Under the pieces are notes generated by a model. It did no database searches and was not told where the DNA came from. It was given only the letters and a program-made list of their open reading frames with translations. Both the position numbers and the translations under genes were made by a program. From Parachlamydiales bacterium (lineage in GTDB: Bacteria > Chlamydiota > Chlamydiia > Chlamydiales > Rhabdochlamydiaceae): 64,000 bases of DNA. Location of the stretch: positions 1,493 through 65,492 of the forward strand of contig DAHVFY010000002.1 of the NCBI GenBank assembly GCA_027316765.1, given 5' to 3'. Shown in pieces: positions 39,094 through 47,398 of the stretch; within the stretch, counting starts at the first letter, position 1; each line of letters starts with the position of its first letter.

Positions 39094-41093
39094 AAATCCT
39101 CTTCTAAAAGTTGCAACTCTCTGTAACGACGTAGCTCATCTCGAAAATAAGCAGCGTCTTCAAAGCGATGTTCCTTTGCAGCTTTTTTCATTTCGGTTTC
39201 ACACTCACGAATCTTTGCATCTACTTCTTTTTGCGTTAATACATGAGTCTTCGGCTCCTCTTGCGGCTTCATCTCCTCAAACACCTCACCCAGATCTTCA
39301 ATTAACTCACGCTTGGTGCTTTTCGGAATAATTCCATGCTTCTCATTGTAGGCTTTTTGAAGTGCTCGTCTTTTGTTGGTGATATCAAGCGTTTTTTGCA
39401 TTGATGCCGTAATTCTATCGGCGTACATGATCACGCGTCCATCTACATTGCGCGCGGCTCTTCCGCAGGTTTGTACAAGAGCTGTTTCACTTCGCAAAAA
39501 CCCTTCTTTATCCGCATCAAGGATTGCAACAAGCGCAACCTCAGGAATATCCAATCCTTCCCTGAGAAGGTTGATCCCAACAAGAACATCAAAACCTCCT
39601 TTGCGCAATTCATTAATAATCTGCACTCTCTCAATTGTATCGATATCTGAATGAAGATATTTAGCCTTTACACCAATTTCATTTAAATATTTAGACAAGT
39701 CTTCAGAAAGCTTTTTAGTCAACGTTGTGACAAGAACTCTCCTTCCTCTTTCTGTTACCTTACGAATCTCTTCTAAACAGTCATCTACCTGAGTTCCTGC
39801 AGAACGCACCTCAATCATCGGATCCAAAAGACCTGTTGGGCGTATGATCTGTTCTACAATCTCTCCTGAAGCTTCTGCAACTTCCCAAGGACTCGGAGTT
39901 GCAGAAACATAAACCACTTGATCAAAGCGTTGATACACCTCTTCGAATTTAAGAGGCCGATTATCAAAAGCGGACGGAAGTCGAAACCCAAATTCAACAA
40001 GAGAACTTTTACGCGCTCTATCGCCATTATACATCGCATGTAATTGCGGCAAAGTCTGATGCGATTCGTCAATAAAAAAGATGAAATTTTTCGGGAAATA
40101 ATCTAAAAGGCAAGGGGGAGGATCGCCGGCGTTTCTTTTACTAAAATGTCTAGAATAGTTCTCAATCCCTTTACAAAAACCGATCTCTTTAATCATTTCC
40201 AGATCATAACTTGTCCGCTGCTTAATCCTTTGCATCTCAACGAGCTTATTTTCCTTTTCAAAAAGAGCAATTCTCTCCTGCAACTCTTCTTGAATGCTTC
40301 TTACTGCATCAAAACGTACTGCTTCGGGAGTCACATGGTGCGATCCTGGAAAAATCACAATGTGTTCAAGGCGTTGTCTAACTTTTCCTGTAAGAGGATC
40401 AATCTCGCTAATCCGTTCTATCTCATCACCGAAAAATTCAACTCTGTAGGCTCTTTCTTCCTCATAAGCTGGCATAATCTCTAGCACATCGCCACGCGCT
40501 CGAAATGTGGAACGAGAGAGTTCGTAGTCGTTGCGTTTGTAATGAATTTCTACAAGATGCAACAAAACTTCATCTCGTCGTCTTTTTTCTCCAAGGCAAA
40601 TCTTCAACTGCATCTGACTGTAATATTCGGGAAGACCCAACCCATAGATACAAGAAACTGAAGAAACAATGATGACATCCTCTCTTTCGATAAGCGAGCG
40701 CGTCGCGCTCAGGCGCATCCGATCGATTTGATCATTAATCGCAAGATCTTTTTCAATATATGTATCAGTACGAGCGATATACGCCTCCGGCTGATAGTAA
40801 TCGTAATAAGAGACAAAATATTCAACGGCGTTGTCGGGAAAAAAGTTCTTAAACTCCTGATACAGCTGAGCTGCAAGAGTTTTATTATGAGCTAAAACAA
40901 GTGCCGGCCTTTGAACTCTAGCAATCACATTTGCCATGGTAAATGTCTTACCCGAGCCTGTAACACCTAAGAGGACCTGTGCTTTTTTTCTCTCAAGAAG
41001 CCCTAAGGAGAGTTTTTCTATTGCTTGCGGTTGATCACCGCAAGGCTCAAACGCGGTTTGCAGTCGAAACATGGCAGATTTTGGCGTATTCAT
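39090..41093 (-). CDS. uvrB: Excinuclease ABC subunit B
   Basis: It contains FEPCGDQPQAI, GVTGSGKT, YFVSYYDYYQPEAY and the C-terminal UVR motif. The start is at 41093 (MNTPKSAMFRLQ) or 41072 (MFRLQ). The tracked start 41171 is unlikely. Confidence 0.95.
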   Translation of the reverse strand: MNTPKSAMFRLQTAFEPCGDQPQAIEKLSLGLLERKKAQVLLGVTGSGKTFTMANVIARVQRPALVLAHNKTLAAQLYQEFKNFFPDNAVEYFVSYYDYYQPEAYIARTDTYIEKDLAINDQIDRMRLSATRSLIEREDVIIVSSVSCIYGLGLPEYYSQMQLKICLGEKRRRDEVLLHLVEIHYKRNDYELSRSTFRARGDVLEIMPAYEEERAYRVEFFGDEIERISEIDPLTGKVRQRLEHIVIFPGSHHVTPEAVRFDAVRSIQEELQERIALFEKENKLVEMQRIKQRTSYDLEMIKEIGFCKGIENYSRHFSKRNAGDPPPCLLDYFPKNFIFFIDESHQTLPQLHAMYNGDRARKSSLVEFGFRLPSAFDNRPLKFEEVYQRFDQVVYVSATPSPWEVAEASGEIVEQIIRPTGLLDPMIEVRSAGTQVDDCLEEIRKVTERGRRVLVTTLTKKLSEDLSKYLNEIGVKAKYLHSDIDTIERVQIINELRKGGFDVLVGINLLREGLDIPEVALVAILDADKEGFLRSETALVQTCGRAARNVDGRVIMYADRITASMQKTLDITNKRRALQKAYNEKHGIIPKSTKRELIEDLGEVFEEMKPQEEPKTHVLTQKEVDAKIRECETEMKKAAKEHRFEDAAYFRDELRRYRELQLLEEDL

Positions 41094-42186
41094 TAAGAAG
41101 CAAGTAAAGGTAAAGATAAGTGCTTTCCGAGGAGAGTTCTGTCTTTGCAAATTCGGTTGCCCGTTCCGCAATCATTTTGCATTCAGCATCATGCGTACGT
41201 GCCCAATTCAACTGCACAAAAAAATCAGATAAATCTTCTCGACAAGGGATGAAGTGCTCATTTGGCTTTAAAGCTCCATAGTACCACTGAATATTGTCAG
41301 AGATTTGCTTAATTACGACAGAATTAGAAAGAAGCTCCCAATAGCAACGAGAATAAGAACAAGAATTTCCATCAACTTCTGGAAGATATTTGTACCGAAT
41401 ATGTTCAGAAGGTGCAGCCGGCATTCCTAAAAAACCGCGCGCTGAAAGAAAATACCGCGTCTCATTGTCCATTTGAACAAGGGAGGTAAACCTGGCATCA
41501 AGATCTCGAGGATTTCTAATAGAAAAAAGAACAAGTTTGGCTCTTGGAAATGTTTCCCAATTTTTAAGATCAAAAGTTCCCCCGGTTGAAGAGCCTCTCC
41601 AAAAGGCTCTTTTCACTTTCATTTCCCAAGGATATTGAGCATTGCCAGCTAAAATATTTGCTGTCAGTCTATCATAACCATTTAAAGCCTCAAAATCTGG
41701 GATGAGAACTCCTCCGACAGAGTTTTTATTCTTAGCAAAAGCTAACACAGGACAAACGTTCTCGACAAACCCTCTAGAATAATCATCATGTAGCGTGATG
41801 ATGAGATCTAGATCGGGAAGTTGTTTAATTGCATTTAGTCTATCAAAAGCCCCCTTGACAGCTTGCAAACGAACGACTTCTTTCTCAACAGTGCGATTTG
41901 TGATAGAAATATTTCCATTAACTATCTTAAAACGAACAAGCAATTTATCTTTGGAATTTCCATCACTATTCCAAAAACCGTCTAGCATGCCTGAAGTAAT
42001 CCCTTTTTCCCTAAAAGGAGCCAGATCTGACTCAATCTGTTCCATCATCCAGCTTGGAGGAACATGTTCCATTTTTTCTTTTAATACCTGCTCATCCAAA
42101 GCAAGACATCCTACAGGTAAACAATAGAGTGCCCTCAGAAAAACGGAACAAAAAATTTTACTCCAATTAACCGCGTGCCGTAACAT
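41047..42186 (-). CDS. GT90 / CAP10-domain glycosyltransferase (POGLUT/KDELC-like) with signal peptide
   Basis: It has KRAFWRGSSTGG and a downstream block KYLPEVDGNSCSYSRCYWELLSNSVV characteristic of CAP10. The N-terminus is hydrophobic. Confidence 0.6.
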   Translation of the reverse strand: MLRHAVNWSKIFCSVFLRALYCLPVGCLALDEQVLKEKMEHVPPSWMMEQIESDLAPFREKGITSGMLDGFWNSDGNSKDKLLVRFKIVNGNISITNRTVEKEVVRLQAVKGAFDRLNAIKQLPDLDLIITLHDDYSRGFVENVCPVLAFAKNKNSVGGVLIPDFEALNGYDRLTANILAGNAQYPWEMKVKRAFWRGSSTGGTFDLKNWETFPRAKLVLFSIRNPRDLDARFTSLVQMDNETRYFLSARGFLGMPAAPSEHIRYKYLPEVDGNSCSYSRCYWELLSNSVVIKQISDNIQWYYGALKPNEHFIPCREDLSDFFVQLNWARTHDAECKMIAERATEFAKTELSSESTYLYLYLLLNEYAKICHVSTANRV

Positions 42187-43378
42187 AAGAGGCTCCTAAC
42201 ATAATGGACAGTTGTATGCATAATACAAAAAGGGCGAAACCAAAAACACCAAATAATACGGAACGTCCACCTCTGACCTGATAAGAAGAGGGAATATGTT
42301 TTTTATACCTTCCAATCCACACCATGGTTGCAGGGATAATTCCAAAAAGAACGACCGCACAAATTCCGCCTGCAAAATTCAGCGCTTTAAAAAAAAGTTG
42401 CGGATAGATGACAGCAAAAATCAATGGAGGAAGTAGTGTCAGAGCACACAATCTAAAATCTTCCCGTTTCTCTTTTGGAATTTTCAAACCATCCGCCAAA
42501 AAATGCACAAGACTGAGCGCTTGAGCTAGAAAAGAAGTTAAAATAGCAAAAAAAGCAAGCCATTTGGCGCAAAAGCTGATCATCGAAGAACCTAAAAAAC
42601 CAGCTAATGCTTGTGAAGCTTCTTTGTCATGTTTTAAACTTTCTAAAATACCTGAAGCACCCTGCATAGGGACAATTCCTAAAACTAAAACTTCCCAGAT
42701 CAAATAAATAAAAAGGGATAATAAACTCCCTCCAATAATCGTTTTTTTTACGCGTTTAAGGTCCCCTTTCATATAGGCTGTCAAACTCGGAATCATATTG
42801 TGAAAGCCAAATGCGATAATTAAAATGGGCAGTGAGTAAATTGCGTAAGAGGGTTCTGTTCTAGCAAGCAAATAGGGGGATATGTGCCTTGCCCCTAAAA
42901 AAACAAGAACACAAAATGTACCAATTTTGAAAACCATCAAAACTCTATTCCAAAGATCCACCGATCTTGTTCCAAAAAAAACTATGCAGCCAAATAAGAG
43001 GACAAAAAAAAGACTTCCCAACCAGTTAGGAACTGCAGGAATAATTGTCGTTACAATACTGCCGCTTCCTGCCACATAAGCGATAAGAAGAGCGTAAAAC
43101 AAAAAAAGATACAAGACCCAACTGATTCCCTTACCAAATTTTCCTAAGGTTTTTTCAACCATTGAAATAAAGTTTACAGGATTTGGAAACCAACCATTCA
43201 CTTCAATAATAAGAAGCCCTGTCATTGTCATAAAAGACCAAGCACAAAAAAACATCACAAGAGAGGGAACAAAACCTGACAACCCGGTAAGAATAGGAAG
43301 ACCTAGCATACCGGCTCCAATACAACTACCTGCAACAAGTAACATACCGCCAATGACACTTCCTGGCTTATCACTCAT
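42167..43378 (-). CDS. tyrP: Aromatic amino acid (Tyr/Trp) permease, HAAAP family
   Basis: It begins IGGMLLVAGSCIGAGMLGLPI and is an 11-TM-type hydrophobic protein of about 400 aa. Confidence 0.75.
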   Translation of the reverse strand: MSDKPGSVIGGMLLVAGSCIGAGMLGLPILTGLSGFVPSLVMFFCAWSFMTMTGLLIIEVNGWFPNPVNFISMVEKTLGKFGKGISWVLYLFLFYALLIAYVAGSGSIVTTIIPAVPNWLGSLFFVLLFGCIVFFGTRSVDLWNRVLMVFKIGTFCVLVFLGARHISPYLLARTEPSYAIYSLPILIIAFGFHNMIPSLTAYMKGDLKRVKKTIIGGSLLSLFIYLIWEVLVLGIVPMQGASGILESLKHDKEASQALAGFLGSSMISFCAKWLAFFAILTSFLAQALSLVHFLADGLKIPKEKREDFRLCALTLLPPLIFAVIYPQLFFKALNFAGGICAVVLFGIIPATMVWIGRYKKHIPSSYQVRGGRSVLFGVFGFALFVLCIQLSIMLGASYVTARG

Positions 43379-45023
43379 TTAAATCTCTTGTCTGAAGTTT
43401 TTCTAGAACACGAATTTCTTGCCCAAGCCTTCCAAGCTCATACCCTTCATAATCCACAAATTTAAAAAATCGCTCGAAACAAGGCAGCACCTGACACACC
43501 TGTTTTGCAAGCTCTTGCGCAATATAGCGGTATGTCGGATGTCCTGCAGGTGCAGATCTGAGCTCGCACAGCCATTGAAGAGCGCGCAAATTAACATGAA
43601 AGTACCAGTGCATATTATATGCCATGGGAACAACATATTGAGCCTCTTCTGGGAACTCAGCAGCGATAGTATCAAATGCTTTTTTTGCAGATTCCATCGC
43701 AAGACAGTAAGAAGCTTCCATTTCCGTGTCTTTGACTTCTTGAGGAACGAAAAAGCCAAGATCACAAGAAAAAATCTGTCTTTCTTGAGTAAGCATCCTA
43801 TGACGTTGCAAATCCCGATAAATACCAAAATCAGCAACAATTTCAAAAGTAAATACCGCATGCTCAAGAGCGCGCGGAGACTTGTGACGTCTGTTTTCGC
43901 GATAGTTGCTCGCTGCATCAAGAATTTGATTAAGATCCTCTTCAGATAAAGAAAGGCAATGCTCCTGCAACTCCCAAAGTCCTGCTCCAGAGTTTGCAAA
44001 AAGAAGAGCTGCTGCAACTTTCGCAGGGCTCTTAGAATCATAACTTAAAAGGCGAACACCCGGCCCTTTCATAGAAGAAATCGATCCCGCATATTTACCC
44101 GCAAGCTCTTTTAACTCTCCTTGCATCTGCTCTTGATAGTCTGTGAATGTTTTCTGATATTTGTGCCCTGCATCAGCTCTACGGACAAAAGAAGGGATAA
44201 CTTTAGACAGTTCTTGAAATGCTTTCCTTCCTATATCTTGCATCTCGCTTAAAGTCGCCGCATTTAATTTTTGAATCAACGTTTCAAAAAAACGACCATT
44301 ACCAAAAACTCCCATATTCGTAAGAGCGCTTGCTGGTAAAAGCCCCCGTAAACAATCAAGAACTTTTGCACGAAGAGCTGCTGTGTAAGCAACTTTAGAA
44401 ACTTCATGTTCTCTTGGGAATTTCTTTTCCATTAACTCTGTTAGAGGAGGAATTAACTTGGAATAGGTCTCAAAAAGATGATTACATGTATCGACATAAA
44501 GATCGCGAAAAGCAGATGTCATTAAAATCGGCTCTCGAAGAAAAAGATACTCCCCATGTACTTTTTGATCAAAATAGATGTAACGTGTTGATTTTTCTAG
44601 GGGAGATCCTCCAATTCGACAATCTTCAATCATTTTGGCAGCAAGCATTGAAACATTTTCAACCGCCAAATGCGCCCCACCCAACTCACCGATCGAATCA
44701 TCTCCATAACCATCAAGAATTCTATCATAAAAATTTTGAGCTCTCTTGATCGCTGTGATTTGATCTTCTAAAACGGCATCTTCTCCTCCCTGGCCAATTA
44801 ACTGACCCGAAATCGACGCGAAGGCCGTCTCTTCATTCAAAATAAACTCTTTGAGAAGCAAAGATCTCAAACCCAAACTCGAACGAGAATATCTAGAAAA
44901 AAGAGCTCCCTTGATCACCTCTGGAAGATTTCGTAGGACAAAAACATTACTTTTCGCACTTGTTACATAACGATCCAAAATCTTAACCTGGGCATCAGAG
45001 AACTCTTCATAACCTTCAAACAT
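43371..45023 (-). CDS. thyX: Long-form FAD-dependent thymidylate synthase (ThyX-like)
   Basis: A ThyX-type LQRHRM motif lies in the C-terminal half. Its size is comparable to the ~530-aa chlamydial ThyX. The start is at MFEGYEEF (45023) or 45038. Confidence 0.7.
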   Translation of the reverse strand: MFEGYEEFSDAQVKILDRYVTSAKSNVFVLRNLPEVIKGALFSRYSRSSLGLRSLLLKEFILNEETAFASISGQLIGQGGEDAVLEDQITAIKRAQNFYDRILDGYGDDSIGELGGAHLAVENVSMLAAKMIEDCRIGGSPLEKSTRYIYFDQKVHGEYLFLREPILMTSAFRDLYVDTCNHLFETYSKLIPPLTELMEKKFPREHEVSKVAYTAALRAKVLDCLRGLLPASALTNMGVFGNGRFFETLIQKLNAATLSEMQDIGRKAFQELSKVIPSFVRRADAGHKYQKTFTDYQEQMQGELKELAGKYAGSISSMKGPGVRLLSYDSKSPAKVAAALLFANSGAGLWELQEHCLSLSEEDLNQILDAASNYRENRRHKSPRALEHAVFTFEIVADFGIYRDLQRHRMLTQERQIFSCDLGFFVPQEVKDTEMEASYCLAMESAKKAFDTIAAEFPEEAQYVVPMAYNMHWYFHVNLRALQWLCELRSAPAGHPTYRYIAQELAKQVCQVLPCFERFFKFVDYEGYELGRLGQEIRVLEKLQTRDLNE

Positions 45024-45166
45024 GGATAAACCCCTCATTTAGTCTATATACACAACAACTAGCCTTTGCCAAATTCTAAATCTTTACGTTCAGTCATGTA
45101 TAGCTAGCGTGACATATTCTCTACTACGGATCAAGAGAAATTTAAATGTGAACATCCAAATTTTTA

Positions 45167-47314
45167 TCACTTCGAATCAACTTGCGCATAGAAACGTTGT
45201 TCATTAAGGGTTGGATAAAGAGTCTTGCCGGTTTCAGCTGTGGCGCCAACATCTCGCAGCCAAGCAGACATTGCATAAGAGATAAAATTACGACTACTTT
45301 GCTTTAAAAACATATCAAGAGGAAGAGCAAAGAAAAAACCTTTATCGTAATAAGTTTGACCATTCACCTTATCGTGTCCATTTGTGAGAGTATACCAAAT
45401 CCCAAATCGCAATCCGCTTGAAAAGATACGCACTGCTTCAAAACGAGCACCGATGTCTTTTGCCAAAAACTGCCCTCCCATCGCTTTGAATTCAAGGTTT
45501 AACGGTTTAAACTGATAATAAAGACTCAAAAAATATTGAATACCGACAAAATGTTTATATTCAGGATGGTGCCCGTGCACCTCTCGAATGTTTGTCGTAA
45601 ATTTGATGCCTCTATAGCGTCTTTTCCAGACAGTTGCTCCTTCTATACCAACCGCCCAATTTGTGTTTACCGGGTAGTAGAGAGCTTCCGCTGCAAATCC
45701 TCCATAAGCTGCTTCAAAATATCCGCTTGCAAGACGCGCAAAAAAACCTTTACCAAGATTCCATCCTTTCTGAATATATGCTTTTTCAATGGACAATGAG
45801 TTACTTTGAAAATATCGAATGGAATCTGTGCGCACATTAGGAAGATGGGAGGGATTTAGCCGATCCGTTGCACTAAGGTCGGATAAACTCGATTTAATCG
45901 AATAACCAATTTGCAATTTATAATAAACCTGATCGAAAAGATAGCCTTCGGGAGCTGCAATCACTCCAAAATCGTATTTAAATTTTCCCTTAGCCCCCCC
46001 GAAATAGGTGAGCAATCTAGGGCGAAAAGTGAATGTCCAAATTTTTTTCTGTCTTTCAAACAATAAATCACTCTCGTATTCCTTGGGAACTCGCTTAGCC
46101 TCTTGCATGGGAGAAAGAATATACATCTCTTCATCAGAAATTCTTCTCTTTTGATATCGATATAAATCTTCTGCTCGAAAATGATAAGAATGGGATGCAA
46201 GTCCATCCTCTTCCATTACAACAATCACGGCTTTAATATTTGAGGGAGTAAGCGCCGAAAGAAGATGGTACAAACGCTCTCGCACAATCGATTCAAGACG
46301 ATACCGATTGTTAACAACTTTCAAATAGAGCACTTTGTTCAAATCATGATCAAACTTAAGGTAAGCCGTATAAAGATCAAGCCCTTGATCAGCAAAGGCA
46401 TAAACAAGCTCGTGCGCAAACTCTCTTTCAAGACGAATAATTCCTAAAGGTTCCGTATCACGCGGAGAACAATAAGGCAAAGCGTCATCAATTTTAGGAA
46501 AAAGCCCTTTTGTCGTCCCCAAAGGAAAGCGAAAAGAAGCAGCACCTGCAATTTTTTCCCCACGAATAGAACTCACTGAAAGCTGAAGAGTCTCAAATCC
46601 AAGATAATTCACTCCTAGATTCAGTCGACTTTTTACCTTTCTTCCCTGGGGATGTTCATGATGATGTTTTTTGTAATTATTCGCATCATACTCAGCTACA
46701 AAAGAAATATTTTTAAAAAAGGGAATATCTCTATGACGAAGAGGCGTCCATGAAATGCCGCCAAAAAAACCCTTAATTCTCCCGTGTCCCCACCCAAGAG
46801 TTGTTTCCAAATTCATATTAAGCCACTGTTTTGTTGCAACAATGTATTGAGAGTTAAACCGTTTTGAACCCATAAAATCTTCAGCGCCAATAACAAGGCT
46901 TGGAAAATTGGGCAAACCATCCTCTGGAAGCAAAATTCCTATCTTAATGTTCCCTATCCGATCCGCATCATCTCCAAAACCCTCATTACCAAAATTTCCT
47001 TCCAAACATCCTTTATAAACGCGATAATTAGCAGAAAGTTCAACTCTTTGAAAAACTTGAAAATTTACTCCATAGACATTATAGGGAGGAGATGACGCTG
47101 CGCCAACTGCCGTCATACCTGAGCCCGCCATCCTGGCGGAGGGCATTGTAAAATACCCCCCCATCATCGATTGATTGTAAAAGAAAGGGAGCTGATCTCT
47201 TAGTTCTTTGTTGATGGCTTCTACAAGAGCTAAATCATCAAAAAGAGATCCCTCTGCTCCAACTAAAAAATTGGGTAAAAAAAAGAGTATCAGAGCGCTG
47301 TAAAAGAATTTCAT
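45167..47314 (-). CDS. YjbH/GfcD family outer-membrane beta-barrel protein
   Basis: Its blocks parallel E. coli YjbH: MPSARMAGSG vs TPTARMAREG, VIGAEDFMGSKRFNSQYIVATKQW vs VGARDIGGTGLFDAEYLVASKAW, FVAEYDANNY vs LKLEYEGNDY, AEALYYPVNTNWAVGIEG vs AEVLYRPLDSNWAFGLDA, and FFALPLDMF vs YVSVPLDLF. The start is set at MKFFYSALILFFLP (47314), which gives a signal peptide. Confidence 0.75.
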   Translation of the reverse strand: MKFFYSALILFFLPNFLVGAEGSLFDDLALVEAINKELRDQLPFFYNQSMMGGYFTMPSARMAGSGMTAVGAASSPPYNVYGVNFQVFQRVELSANYRVYKGCLEGNFGNEGFGDDADRIGNIKIGILLPEDGLPNFPSLVIGAEDFMGSKRFNSQYIVATKQWLNMNLETTLGWGHGRIKGFFGGISWTPLRHRDIPFFKNISFVAEYDANNYKKHHHEHPQGRKVKSRLNLGVNYLGFETLQLSVSSIRGEKIAGAASFRFPLGTTKGLFPKIDDALPYCSPRDTEPLGIIRLEREFAHELVYAFADQGLDLYTAYLKFDHDLNKVLYLKVVNNRYRLESIVRERLYHLLSALTPSNIKAVIVVMEEDGLASHSYHFRAEDLYRYQKRRISDEEMYILSPMQEAKRVPKEYESDLLFERQKKIWTFTFRPRLLTYFGGAKGKFKYDFGVIAAPEGYLFDQVYYKLQIGYSIKSSLSDLSATDRLNPSHLPNVRTDSIRYFQSNSLSIEKAYIQKGWNLGKGFFARLASGYFEAAYGGFAAEALYYPVNTNWAVGIEGATVWKRRYRGIKFTTNIREVHGHHPEYKHFVGIQYFLSLYYQFKPLNLEFKAMGGQFLAKDIGARFEAVRIFSSGLRFGIWYTLTNGHDKVNGQTYYDKGFFFALPLDMFLKQSSRNFISYAMSAWLRDVGATAETGKTLYPTLNEQRFYAQVDSK

Positions 47315-47398
47315 GAAAGTCGAGATTAAGAGAATTGCTCTGTTTTTTTCAAGAGCATTGAACTTAATTAGATCTGCTTCTATACTCATCCAGTGTAG

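Noticed and set aside
43403-44041. A 212-aa same-strand alternative-frame ORF and a 176-aa antisense ORF (43419..43949) lie inside thyX. I considered a possible overprinted gene.
   Set aside because: Their translations are low-complexity and Leu/Lys/Phe-rich with no motif, and the thyX frame carries the conserved signature. Overprinting cannot be supported without conservation or Ribo-seq data.
45077-45086. TAAATCTTTA, the core of the 13-mer promoter motif, occurs in the thyX / yjbH-like intergenic region.
   Set aside because: Only 10 nt match, no TGnTATAAT follows at the right spacing, and no plus-strand gene lies downstream. A chance match is plausible in AT-rich DNA.
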